64,000 nucleotides of DNA from Candidatus Asgardarchaeum abyssi. Lineage in GTDB: Archaea > Asgardarchaeota > Asgardarchaeia > Asgardarchaeales > Asgardarchaeaceae. The notes beneath the pieces were generated by a model. It saw only the letters and a program-made list of their open reading frames with translations, was not told the origin of the DNA and made no database searches. The stretch lies in contig JBECUL010000006.1 in the NCBI GenBank assembly GCA_040225955.1, forward strand, positions 1-64,000, read 5' to 3'. The translations under genes were made by a program, and so were the position numbers. Positions 47,567 to 57,671 of the stretch are shown one piece after another (the first letter of the stretch is position 1; every line of letters starts with the position of its first letter).

Positions 47567-48049
47567 TTGTCCTTAGATAGGCAATGGGGATATCTAACTG
47601 AAGTACAAAAAAATAGTTTGCGAAAAGCTCTTATCTCACTCTACTTATTCCTCGCATCTATATTTGTCATTGGAGTGCTTATAAGTGTCTTTTCTTACGT
47701 TGGCTATGGCAGATTTTTGTCGCCCAATGAAATATTATTAGGTGCTGTCATTGATGCTACAAAGTTATTAACTGGTTTTCTACTACTGGCAGGATATTAT
47801 AAAATTGAAGTGAGTAAAAAAATCGGTCATGTTGCTAAATTTACGTATTCTCTTCTATTAGGTGCTCTGTATTTCACTTTATTTATCGTTTTAGATGAAT
47901 ACATAGAGGGTGATTTATTTTTATATTTAACATTTCCTTGGTACTCTTACATATCCCTTGCAGTCTTAATATTGATACTCAGCTTCATGGGATATGGTTT
48001 CTGGAGGGTATTCTGCGATTTCGTTGTAAGACCTAAAAAGAATATGTAA
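47567..48049 (+). CDS. 4-TM membrane protein
   Basis: Four hydrophobic segments; TTG start after GGGGTGG. Confidence 0.65.
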   Translation: MSLDRQWGYLTEVQKNSLRKALISLYLFLASIFVIGVLISVFSYVGYGRFLSPNEILLGAVIDATKLLTGFLLLAGYYKIEVSKKIGHVAKFTYSLLLGALYFTLFIVLDEYIEGDLFLYLTFPWYSYISLAVLILILSFMGYGFWRVFCDFVVRPKKNM

Positions 48050-48262
48050 TTATTTTCTATTTTTCTATTAAAATGGACAAGGCATTAGTTTAATGTCCTT
48101 GCCGACGCTATAGGCTTTTTTTAGCAAAGATATACGTTCAGCGAGAAATTGATGTTTATACCTTATTAATTACCTGTTAGGATATTATTCGTCTTTAGAT
48201 TCTACCCGAAAAAGATTAATAGTTGTATACAAAATATTAATTTGTAAAAAAGAGGGATTGTT

Positions 48263-48592
48263 ATGTCTCAGGATGAAAGTATCGTAATTTCAGTGAGATT
48301 GCCAAGAAAAATGGTGACGAAAATTGATGCTCTTGCTGAAAAGAAGAAAGTTGACAGATCAGCGATACTAAGAACTCTACTTGAAAAGGGTTTGCAGCAG
48401 GAAATGATAGACGATATATTAAATGCTTTACGCAAGCGTGAAATGTCAGTTTGGAAAGCTGCAGAGGAACTTGGAATATCATATAGAGAAATGTTGAGAA
48501 TCATGAAAGAAAGCAATGTACTATTTCCACTCGGAGAGGATGAAATTGACCTTGAACTTAGAAGGATTAGTACGCAAAAAGGTAGTAAGTAA
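48263..48592 (+). CDS. UPF0175-family antitoxin with RHH N-terminus
   Basis: ISVRLP...IDALA....DRS and SVWKAAEELGISYREM. Confidence 0.82.
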   Translation: MSQDESIVISVRLPRKMVTKIDALAEKKKVDRSAILRTLLEKGLQQEMIDDILNALRKREMSVWKAAEELGISYREMLRIMKESNVLFPLGEDEIDLELRRISTQKGSK

Positions 48593-49082
48593 TTCTGGAC
48601 CTTTAATACATTTAGCAAAGATAAATTATTTGTGGTTATTAAGAAAATTATTTACTCGAATAATAGTTCCTAAGGAAGTGAAAATTGAAACCGTAGACAA
48701 GGGTTTAAAAATAGGGGCTCCAGATGCTATTATTATCCAAGATGCAATAGACGAAGGCTGGATTGAGGTCATCGATTTTGAATTGCCATCAAAGTTTTTA
48801 ATTTTCGCTGAAAAATTCAAAATACAAGTTGCTGAATTGAAGGTTATTTTATACGCAAAAAATAATAACATTATTGCTCTCTTAGATGATTCAAGTGCTA
48901 GAGCTCTTACATGCAGTCTTTCAGTCGATTTTATGGGATCTTTAGGTATTATAGTACTCGCTACAAAATATAAGATTATTAGTAAATCTGATGCTTTAGA
49001 TGCTCTGGATAAAATTACAAAAGTTATGTATTTAAGCATGCTTGTTTACATGAAAGTTCGGGATGAAATATTAGGATTATAA
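48516..49082 (+). CDS. DUF3368 PIN-domain protein (true start probably near 48570)
   Basis: VVSNSGPLIHL, IIVP.EV..E, AE..VI, LLDD..AR, GSLGI. Confidence 0.82.
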   Translation: MYYFHSERMKLTLNLEGLVRKKVVSNSGPLIHLAKINYLWLLRKLFTRIIVPKEVKIETVDKGLKIGAPDAIIIQDAIDEGWIEVIDFELPSKFLIFAEKFKIQVAELKVILYAKNNNIIALLDDSSARALTCSLSVDFMGSLGIIVLATKYKIISKSDALDALDKITKVMYLSMLVYMKVRDEILGL

Positions 49083-49109
49083 TCATTTTTGTTTTTGAGT
49101 AAATATGAT

Positions 49110-51800
49110 TTACTTTCTGAGTTGAGCAAGCAAATCTACTATACTTCTCTTTGTTATTTGTACTGTGAATAACAATGCACATATAATTATGGTGATGATA
49201 ACGTAGGTGATAATTGTAAGAATAGTTTCCTGAGAGACCACAAATTCTATTGGGAAGATTGGTGTATATGGAATTTTAGAGATTACAAATGCTGTTAGAT
49301 AGTATCCAACAACGAATCCTACTATGGCTCCTTCTATTACCATTATTGTGGTTTCAAGAATGATGAGTTGCACGATATTAGGTTTTGAGAAACCGATACT
49401 TCTCAAAACGCCAATTTCGAATCTTCGTTCATAGATGATATATGCGATACTTGTCACCAGCGACATTGCTGACATTGCTATAAAAGAGACAAGAAGAGTC
49501 ATAAGTATTACGTAAAATGACTTGAAATACTTTAGATTGTCGTCTATTCTTTCCTTTGCTGTTGACACGTAGTCTGGTATAATATCATGAGACCATAATG
49601 TCTTTAAAATTTCTTTTTTCACAATCTCAGTATTTTCTATATCGTCAAGTCGAACAAATATTGAATTAACAATAGGTTCTCCTTTAATAAAATGAGGATA
49701 AACGCTCTGGCTTAGGTTACTCCCGACTATTCCAATAAATAATTTTCTGCTAAGAGAATACTCCAGCCATATTGTTTGCCAGCATCCAGCAACGAGAGAA
49801 ACACTTGCAATAACTGTTAAATTTATAAGACCCCTACTTGTAATCCAAGCAATTTCGTCACCTACATTGATTCCAAAATAATCCATGAGGTGAGATTGCA
49901 AAATTATAGAGTGATTATTCGATATTACTCTTTCTAAAGCCTCTCTGGCAGTCAAATTATCGATTATTTCCTCAAATTTGATAGTATATAGTGTATCCAA
50001 AATATCAGCAGAAATAATGGCATATAACTCAACATGCTCCACAGTCCGATTATTGTACATTATCTTTTGGTTCCATATCTTTCGATAGGCTGTAACTTTT
50101 TCAACATGAGTAATTTTTGCAATTTCATTTGTTATATTTGATGGGAAAATCCCAGTAAGTGTGATATCTGCACCTTGACTTATAAATACATGCTGATTTG
50201 TCGCATAGATGGAGCTATCATAGAGTATTTGACCAGCTACAAGAAAAGACATTGAGAAGGAGATTAGGATCACATTGAAAAATACTTTACTTCTGTCTCT
50301 CATTAGATTTCTCGCGGCTAAGGATAAGATATGACTCCTGCCAGAAAAAATTATAGGAATTGTTAAGATAGGTATTATGGCTGTAGCAGTTAGCGTCGCC
50401 AGCAAGACTATACCTACTAGTGCCGTCAAAAACGGTATTAATAATTGCTCTAATGTTGTCAAATCTATACTTAGTAAGGCTGTTTGTTCAAAAGCGGAAA
50501 GTCCCGCATAAGATAAAAGCAATCCCATGATTAAAGTAAGGACGTACAAAGACTTATGAACCTTAGGAGATATTATATACTCAAACCTTAATAGCCCTAA
50601 TGGCTTTTGTCTCAAAAAAATTAAAAACGGTATCAATGCAGAAAACAGAGCTACTGTTAATCCGAAAAGTAAACTAATAAAGTACTCTTGAAGACCTATT
50701 TCAAAAATGAAACCTGAAACCAAACTTATGCTAAAAATATTTGAGATTATTATAAGTCCTATGTTGATTATTGCAAATGATGCAGCATAGCCTATAATTG
50801 ATGATATTAGAATAAAAAACAAAATCGTAAGCGTAAAGTCTGCCAAAAAATGGGTTATTGAGTAGCCTATAACTTTTAGAAGACCTATATTATATCGCCA
50901 ATCGTTTAAACTCTGATAAGCTATATTTACTATAACGAATAGACTAACTACAAAACCCATAGAATAAATTAGTGAGATTATTCTTACTACTTGTTCTGCG
51001 CTTTTTGTTATCTCCACTGTAAGTCTTATTTTAGGGCTACAAACAGAATAATTAGACCCAAGAGTCTCTCTCAATACTGCAAGAGTATTATTAAGTTCAT
51101 CAACACCAACTTTGGCATGAACATAAACATGTGTGATTATGTCGTCGCCAAAAATTTTTTCCAAGATTTTCTTATTCACGATAATTGATTTTGATACCTC
51201 CCAAAAAATATCAGGGTCGCTAGTAACGAAGTCATATATCTTTTTCGAAAGTTTTACAACCCCTTTAATGGTTAAATTCAAAAAAACCCAGCCAAGTTTC
51301 CTTTCCCATATCCGTAGATAGAGGGTATCATTAATTCCCAAACCCATAATTTCCGATAATGTTTCAGATATTAAGGTTGCATTCTCCTCATTATCCAATA
51401 GGAAATTAGTAGTTCCGTTTTTTAAAATCATCTCCCCAAAGTTTCTATCAGAATGATAGTCTACCCCAACAATATATAGATAAGCATATTGTTCAAAATT
51501 TGGTGTCAAGGATGCTTGAGCCCATATCTGCAATCTCTCTGAGTAAGAATGAATGACATTTCCCATATTCTCTAAAACTTGAGTTATTTCTGTTGAATTC
51601 ATGCACCAGCTAGAATTTGATTTTATTATGAAATCTGTATATCCAAGACTGCTGATAAAAGCATTAGTGTATTGCTCACGGACTGCTTTCGAGCCAACAA
51701 GAACGCTCATAAAGAGGCTCATAGATAAGGCTAATGTTATTATGAAGAGTGATAATCTCAGCTTTTTAAGCTTAAAGAGTCTAAGAAATAATAATAGCAT
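49110..51800 (-). CDS. FtsX/MacB-type ABC transporter permease (duplicated)
   Basis: IGLLKVIGYS and ERRFEIGVLRSIGFS motifs; two TM bundles. Confidence 0.85.
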   Translation of the reverse strand: MLLLFLRLFKLKKLRLSLFIITLALSMSLFMSVLVGSKAVREQYTNAFISSLGYTDFIIKSNSSWCMNSTEITQVLENMGNVIHSYSERLQIWAQASLTPNFEQYAYLYIVGVDYHSDRNFGEMILKNGTTNFLLDNEENATLISETLSEIMGLGINDTLYLRIWERKLGWVFLNLTIKGVVKLSKKIYDFVTSDPDIFWEVSKSIIVNKKILEKIFGDDIITHVYVHAKVGVDELNNTLAVLRETLGSNYSVCSPKIRLTVEITKSAEQVVRIISLIYSMGFVVSLFVIVNIAYQSLNDWRYNIGLLKVIGYSITHFLADFTLTILFFILISSIIGYAASFAIINIGLIIISNIFSISLVSGFIFEIGLQEYFISLLFGLTVALFSALIPFLIFLRQKPLGLLRFEYIISPKVHKSLYVLTLIMGLLLSYAGLSAFEQTALLSIDLTTLEQLLIPFLTALVGIVLLATLTATAIIPILTIPIIFSGRSHILSLAARNLMRDRSKVFFNVILISFSMSFLVAGQILYDSSIYATNQHVFISQGADITLTGIFPSNITNEIAKITHVEKVTAYRKIWNQKIMYNNRTVEHVELYAIISADILDTLYTIKFEEIIDNLTAREALERVISNNHSIILQSHLMDYFGINVGDEIAWITSRGLINLTVIASVSLVAGCWQTIWLEYSLSRKLFIGIVGSNLSQSVYPHFIKGEPIVNSIFVRLDDIENTEIVKKEILKTLWSHDIIPDYVSTAKERIDDNLKYFKSFYVILMTLLVSFIAMSAMSLVTSIAYIIYERRFEIGVLRSIGFSKPNIVQLIILETTIMVIEGAIVGFVVGYYLTAFVISKIPYTPIFPIEFVVSQETILTIITYVIITIIICALLFTVQITKRSIVDLLAQLRK

Positions 51801-52123
51801 ACATCTACTTATCTTCTCTCTGAATTTAAAAATTTTCCAGCATTTTCTGTTTTTTGATTACTGCTCAAGATAACAGATAAACCATTTTATGGACGTATGG
51901 CTGCAGGACATAAAAAGATGGAAAGGTTAGCAGTCTCTCAGTTTTTGTTTCTTCCTTATAATTCCAGCCGAGTGAAAAATCTAAAATCAGTTAATTGTAA
52001 TTCTCTATAAGCTTGGTTTTTGATTTTTTTGAGTAAAATGCAATACTTGTTACTCTAATCTGTACTCCACTTTGTTTGCTTGCTATCTACTTGTAAACAA
52101 ACAAAATATTCTTGTGAACCTTG

Positions 52124-53380
52124 TTAGCATATTAATTTTGCAAGCAATATTGAGATATCGAGTGGCTCTTTTTCATGCTTTAAGAAAACACGAATTCCTT
52201 GACTCCATTGTGTGTAACACTCTGGACACATTGTTAAAATTCTTGTAGCATCTGAGTTTTTTAGCTCTAAAATATGATGCTTCAGAATTTTATTTGATAT
52301 ATCCTTATTTGTAACTGGTATGAAGGCACCTCCGCCACAACACATTGTTTCAGACGGTAAATGTACAATTGTTATGTTCCCTATTTGCTTTAAGAGATAT
52401 TCCGTTAGATGTAAAATCTCAGGATCTGTTTCTCGATAAAGATTGCATGGAGCTTGGAGAGCAACTATCATTTTCTCTTTTTCTCTGATTAATTTCTTAA
52501 CGCTTTCGATGCCGATATCCTCAATAAGATATCTTACAATATATTTTACCTTAATATCTAATCCGGACTTTTCGATCAGCCTTTTAATACTCGAGGTACA
52601 GCCGGGGCATATCGTTACTATAACCTTTATGTTTTTTAACTTCTCTATTTGCTTTAGTAGTTCATTTTGAAGGTACTGTAATTCGTCTAAATCCCCTTTT
52701 TCCTCAGCGGGATATCCGCAACAGATAAAAGTGTCCATTAATGTCCATTTTACACCTACTTTATCCAAGACTATTTTAGCACCTTCTTTCATAGCATATA
52801 GTCTTTCCTCAGCCTTGCATCCTGGATAAAGTAAAACATCTGCATTTGCATCAAATCTATCTTCAATGTATGGAAGTCCTAGTTTTTCTAGTTGACGTCT
52901 AACAATCTTTTTCTTTTTCTCAGAATCTTTAGGCTGATAAAACATCTTTGCTTCAGTAAGGGGTTTAGTTAATTCGATTATATCTTTTGGTATAGCTTTA
53001 GATTCTATTTTTCTGAGTTTATCCTTTAGACGTATAACTATTTGCTTAATAGGAATTTTTTGGGGACATACTTCATTGCACGCATTGCAGCCGGTACATT
53101 CAAAAAGAGTATCTCTCATCTCAATTATGTTTTGAAGAGCACGAGATATACTGATGCCGATACTTCTGGGTCCAGGAAATCTTTCAACCCCAACAACGCG
53201 GACAACTGGACAAACCGATATGCAAAGCCCACAGTTTATGCAATTATCAAAAGCGGAAAGCTCTTCAAAATCATCTGAACTAAACTGAGCAAGCTTATAT
53301 TCATTGTAAAGAAGAGATCGTATATATTCAAAGTTTCTATCGCTTTCCCTAACCAAACTTTCATAGCTCACAGTGATCAT
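52124..53380 (-). CDS. glpC: Anaerobic glycerol-3-phosphate dehydrogenase subunit C-like (2x4Fe-4S plus CCG domains)
   Basis: CINCGLCISVCP, CTGCNACNEVCP, CCG twice; operon with glpA/glpB. Confidence 0.8.
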   Translation of the reverse strand: MITVSYESLVRESDRNFEYIRSLLYNEYKLAQFSSDDFEELSAFDNCINCGLCISVCPVVRVVGVERFPGPRSIGISISRALQNIIEMRDTLFECTGCNACNEVCPQKIPIKQIVIRLKDKLRKIESKAIPKDIIELTKPLTEAKMFYQPKDSEKKKKIVRRQLEKLGLPYIEDRFDANADVLLYPGCKAEERLYAMKEGAKIVLDKVGVKWTLMDTFICCGYPAEEKGDLDELQYLQNELLKQIEKLKNIKVIVTICPGCTSSIKRLIEKSGLDIKVKYIVRYLIEDIGIESVKKLIREKEKMIVALQAPCNLYRETDPEILHLTEYLLKQIGNITIVHLPSETMCCGGGAFIPVTNKDISNKILKHHILELKNSDATRILTMCPECYTQWSQGIRVFLKHEKEPLDISILLAKLIC

Positions 53381-53391
53381 CTCCGCGTATT

Positions 53392-54735
53392 CTAAATCTT
53401 ATTCCCAGCAACATAAGCAGTTGTTAATGCCACCCCAAATCCATTTTTCTCATACGGATAATTGTATCCTCCAATAACAGATCCAGCAGCATAGAGATTT
53501 TCGTATGCAACCTCATTTTCAAGATTTAGTGGTTGCATATCTTGGTTTACTTTGACCCCAATTCGTATAAATCTGTGCATTACTCGATTGAAGAACTTCG
53601 CCTCCGTCAATTTCAATGGCCAATATTCACGTACCCAATTATTTCCATCAAATATCGGAAGCTCAAAAATTCTCTCCCTTATCTTTCTTCCTTCTTGCAC
53701 TATTCCGTCACTAATAAATTTACCAGTTGCCAGAATGACTTTACTAACTTTCACTCTATACTTATTGCCATAATCATTGATCAATAATTCCTCTATGCTT
53801 CCGTTCCTAGCGATAAATGAATAAACATCTCCTCTGTAAATTTTTATATCAGTGTTCTTTCTCAGTATTTCCAAAATTCTTAGCCCTGCAGAAGTTGGGG
53901 GTGGTGAGACAATTTCAAATACTTCTAAGCCTAGGGCATCACCGAGCTCTTGATATCTTTCTCTAAACTTCTTAAATCCAAGAACTGGAGGAAATGCAAT
54001 ATGGGAAACGCCAGATAAATCCAAATTCTCTTCAAGCGTTTTAATAAATTCATTAAATATTAAGTCATCATCAAGAGCCCTCGATATTGTAAACGGATCC
54101 AAATTTGAGGTCATATCTATGTTTGGAACTTTTACTTTTATGCTCGCTTCCGCTGTAAGTGAAATACCATATCTCTTTGCATTATACTCAAGACACTTCG
54201 CAACATAATATGGATGAAAGTCTCCATATCCCTTAATACCGACAAAAAATACCTTTTTGTCATTTAAATCATCCAGTACTCCTTTCTTCATAGATGGTGA
54301 GTAAAACGCTGTTGCTGTATAAGTACCCAATGTTGTTGGCATTAGGGCATTTTTGTTAATGTCACCAAATAGAATATTTTCCGTAAGCTTTTGAAACTCA
54401 CTCAATGCTGAGTTTAAATAGCTTAGTGTTCTTTCAGCCACTGGTTTACCCAAGTCATTACCATTCCTCTTTCCAACTATGGTATAAGGATGATTAGGAA
54501 GGAAATCTGCAGCAATCCTAATGCCCTCCTCACCAGAAAATAAAAGTTCTCCATTGATTGGGTTATATCCAAAAATGTCAAAAGTTCCTGCCATGAGTGC
54601 AGTAGCACCTTCTGCCTTTGAAAAAATTGCAACGTTCTCTTTACCAACTTTTTTACTTGCAAAATAAGCTGCTAGTATTCCAGCTAGTCCTCCTCCTATT
54701 ACTGCAACCTCAATTCTATTAGGAATCATTCTCAC
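53392..54735 (-). CDS. glpB: Anaerobic glycerol-3-phosphate dehydrogenase subunit B
   Basis: VIGGGLAG, PT.LG, PP...G.R, LATG.F...G, NLYAAG...GG, GVA..T. Confidence 0.85.
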   Translation of the reverse strand: MRMIPNRIEVAVIGGGLAGILAAYFASKKVGKENVAIFSKAEGATALMAGTFDIFGYNPINGELLFSGEEGIRIAADFLPNHPYTIVGKRNGNDLGKPVAERTLSYLNSALSEFQKLTENILFGDINKNALMPTTLGTYTATAFYSPSMKKGVLDDLNDKKVFFVGIKGYGDFHPYYVAKCLEYNAKRYGISLTAEASIKVKVPNIDMTSNLDPFTISRALDDDLIFNEFIKTLEENLDLSGVSHIAFPPVLGFKKFRERYQELGDALGLEVFEIVSPPPTSAGLRILEILRKNTDIKIYRGDVYSFIARNGSIEELLINDYGNKYRVKVSKVILATGKFISDGIVQEGRKIRERIFELPIFDGNNWVREYWPLKLTEAKFFNRVMHRFIRIGVKVNQDMQPLNLENEVAYENLYAAGSVIGGYNYPYEKNGFGVALTTAYVAGNKI

Positions 54736-56347
54736 AATCCTCCCTTATATCAGTATATCCTATATAAAACGCTTGAGCAATTTCTTCCTCTGGTAGCTGT
54801 AATGAACGCAAAATAGGACGTTTCCCTTTCCATCTCTCTTGGATGAACTCTTTCATTTGTTTTTGAGCAGATTCTGCATCCAAATTCAGTTCTTCCATAA
54901 GGATTCCCGCTGCCTTATATGTGCAAAACGTACCTTGACATGGTCCCATTCCCAATCTGGTTCTTCTCCTTATGTCATCTATTGTTCTAACCCATTCATG
55001 CTTGATAACATATCTAATTTCAGCTTCGATAACTGGCTCGCAAACACAAATAGTATTTTTTAACGATGGATCTTCAATAGTTAAGTCAAGAATATCAATG
55101 GCCTTTCTTCCGTGTCTCATAACTAGATTTTTCACAGTTACCGCTGAAACTTTATATTTATCCGCTAGTTTTTGTATGTTCTCTGGAGCTGGTTCGGTGG
55201 GAAGAAGTTCTACATGCGCTTTGCACTCAGTTTCCTTACCAAATAACTCTGAGATATAGTCCACAGTTTTTTCTGCCATCAATCTATAAATTGTCATATT
55301 TCCTCCTACAACCGAAATAAAACCTTCTGCACCATCCTTACTATGGTCAATTATTTCGAAACGTCGTGAAACCTTTGCGGCAGGAACACCCCAATGGAAT
55401 AGTAATGGCCTGAGTCCAGCCATAGCTCTGATATAACGCATTTGTCTGATTGCTGGAAAAACTCTTTCAAGGCCCGTAATTATTAATTCGACATCAGTCT
55501 CGGTTATAGGAATATTATCAATATCTCCAAAATAATCATCATTCGTTGGTCCTATTAAAGTTGTATTCTCATGAGGAACTATTTCCTTAAAAGTTAAGTC
55601 CATTCCCATAGTCTGAATACCAACGTTTGATATCCGACGATCGAGAATAAGTATAACACCCTTTGTAGGTCTCATTTTTAAAGATACTCCAGCAAGCTCA
55701 GCCAACTTGGGAGCCCAAGCTCCTGTTGCATTAACAATTACATCTCCGAAAAACTCCTTTTCAACACCAGTCAGAACATCCCTTACCCTAACACCAATAA
55801 CTCTTTCACCATCTCTTAAAATCTTAATGACTTCATTATAGTTCAAGATATCAGCACCATGTTCTGATGCCGAAATAACATTTGCTATCGTCAGTCTAAA
55901 TACGTCAATAGACCATTCCTCATGATAAAACGCACCAACTATCTCTTTATTCAATCTGGGCTCAATCTCAAGTGCTTGTTCTCTCCTAATAAACATAGGC
56001 TTCTTTTCGCCATACTCTTTCGCAATCTCATAATAAATCTCAAAGAACTTATTCTGATTCTCAGCTTCTGATTCAGAGAAAACTGGTGTTAAAAAAGGTA
56101 CAATATGCATTAAGCTCTTAGCTATTCTACGCAGGATTGCATTCTCAGAGCAGTTCATCCTTGTGAAATCAAGCTCTTTTGGTACACCTACAGGTCCCCC
56201 AATCATCCCCATACAAGCTCCAGTTGCTCCACTTGCAAAATCCTTTCTCTCTATTAGCAAAGTTTTGAATCCTCTCATAGAAGCGTCTCTTGCAATTCCT
56301 GCTCCAGTAATCCCTCCACCTATGACGATTAAATCATATTTTTTCAA
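54719..56347 (-). CDS. glpA: Anaerobic glycerol-3-phosphate dehydrogenase subunit A
   Basis: IGGGITGAGIARD, VNATGAWA, AGLRPL, CVCE...RRRTRLGMGPCQGTFC (BFD-like 2Fe-2S). Confidence 0.9.
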   Translation of the reverse strand: MKKYDLIVIGGGITGAGIARDASMRGFKTLLIERKDFASGATGACMGMIGGPVGVPKELDFTRMNCSENAILRRIAKSLMHIVPFLTPVFSESEAENQNKFFEIYYEIAKEYGEKKPMFIRREQALEIEPRLNKEIVGAFYHEEWSIDVFRLTIANVISASEHGADILNYNEVIKILRDGERVIGVRVRDVLTGVEKEFFGDVIVNATGAWAPKLAELAGVSLKMRPTKGVILILDRRISNVGIQTMGMDLTFKEIVPHENTTLIGPTNDDYFGDIDNIPITETDVELIITGLERVFPAIRQMRYIRAMAGLRPLLFHWGVPAAKVSRRFEIIDHSKDGAEGFISVVGGNMTIYRLMAEKTVDYISELFGKETECKAHVELLPTEPAPENIQKLADKYKVSAVTVKNLVMRHGRKAIDILDLTIEDPSLKNTICVCEPVIEAEIRYVIKHEWVRTIDDIRRRTRLGMGPCQGTFCTYKAAGILMEELNLDAESAQKQMKEFIQERWKGKRPILRSLQLPEEEIAQAFYIGYTDIREDCENDS

Positions 56348-56517
56348 ATGAAAACACCCGCTATTTATAATTATGTGCTTTTGGTAATAAAGAAAGTTAG
56401 ATTGCTATAAGGTACTCGATCAAAAGTTAGTGAATTATCCTTAAATTGAGTTTTTGTTTAATAATCTTTAAATATTCTTCTGCGTCAATTAATAATGTGC
56501 TTGTGTGTGGCATGTGC

Positions 56518-56581
56518 TGGAAAGTAGTGGGACGATGCTATAAACCTTGCGGTGATGCAGATGACTCCCGCTACTTTTCCA
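56518..56581. other. GC-rich 64-nt stem-loop in the intergenic region upstream of glpA
   Basis: TGGAAAGTAGTGGGA ... TCCCGCTACTTTTCCA outer stem with an inner ACC-GCAA-GGT (minus strand) hairpin. Confidence 0.5.
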
Positions 56582-56651
56582 CTAACTCTTTTTCAAGTGC
56601 CAAATAATGATATATTATAATTTATAAATAATCTAAAATTTTAATTAATAT

Positions 56652-57197
56652 TTACAACAAATCTATAAACTCAGCTGGGTTTACAACCTCGATTTCCGTA
56701 TATTTTTTGATTATTACTCTTTTATTTAAAATGTCCTTATCGCTGGTTACAAAATAGTCTAGTTCTATATATTCCTCCTTCAATCTTTTTGCTGTTGCAA
56801 TATGCATATTGTCTAAAGTTTTAAGTTGGATAAAGGGGGCTAAAGTCGCAGCTAAGAAAGTCTCTTTCTTCATTACAATTCTAAAATCTTTTAGAACGAG
56901 TACAAGATTTTCATTTTCCAGGAAGGGGACAGCTAAATTCCAGTCAAGCAAAATATATGAAACTATAGCCGTTATGATCTCGTTTCTAGAAGCTTTGTTC
57001 AGTATATCGCTATTATCGATTTGAACTTTTAACTTCTGATAAATCCTACTTATTGTTGAAAAGAGCTCAACTATTGTAATAGGTGAGCCTATTTTCTTAA
57101 TGTTATTCATTTTAGATATTTTCTCACATTCTTTGTGAAATGGGTCATTTGGAACATATTTCGCGATAAGAATATTTGTATCAGCGTAAATGTTCAA
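56652..57197 (-). CDS. VapC-like PIN-domain protein
   Basis: IYADTN, TIVEL, LKTLD.MHIA, FVTSD. Confidence 0.85.
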   Translation of the reverse strand: MNIYADTNILIAKYVPNDPFHKECEKISKMNNIKKIGSPITIVELFSTISRIYQKLKVQIDNSDILNKASRNEIITAIVSYILLDWNLAVPFLENENLVLVLKDFRIVMKKETFLAATLAPFIQLKTLDNMHIATAKRLKEEYIELDYFVTSDKDILNKRVIIKKYTEIEVVNPAEFIDLL

Positions 57198-57462
57198 GTC
57201 TATCCCTTCCCTCAGATATTATTTCCTCAGCTGTTTTATCCGTAACTATGATAATTGGACATTGTCCGTTATCCCTCTTCTCTAATAGTCCCTTAACAAT
57301 TTTTGATATATTGTTCGTATTTAAATTAATAATTTTTCGCCTTAAACTTTCAGCTATAAGTTTTCTAATAGCCTCGTTTCTACTCTTATAGATGCCTTGT
57401 TTAACTAGATTATCGATTTCCTTTATTGTTTCTTTATCAAGCTTAACTGGAATTACTGACAC
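57181..57462 (-). CDS. RHH (CopG-like) antitoxin (track start 57492; likely GTG 57462)
   Basis: VIPVKL...IDNLVKQGIYKSRNEAIR; overlaps the PIN gene. Confidence 0.82.
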   Translation of the reverse strand: MSVIPVKLDKETIKEIDNLVKQGIYKSRNEAIRKLIAESLRRKIINLNTNNISKIVKGLLEKRDNGQCPIIIVTDKTAEEIISEGRDRLEHLR

Positions 57463-57671
57463 ACAAAACCACCAGAATTTTACTATAATCAATCAGTATA
57501 TTAATGTTATAAATTATAAACCTTTTTATACTACTTCTATCTGCAAGAGAACTCTTTTATGCATTATTAGCGTAGAGTTATTATATTGATGCTGAATCTA
57601 AAATCTATATCCAAAATTATTTCTATATACTTCAGTTTAAAATAATAGTAGTCTGCGGTTGGTGCTTAAAC

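Noticed and set aside
56518-56581. Fluoride riboswitch or eukaryote-like SECIS
   Set aside because: TAAACC...GATGACTCC is reminiscent of the fluoride riboswitch, but the GGnGATG P1/pseudoknot is missing and no fluoride gene follows on that strand. ATGA is on the wrong arm for SECIS and no in-frame TGA selenoprotein was seen.
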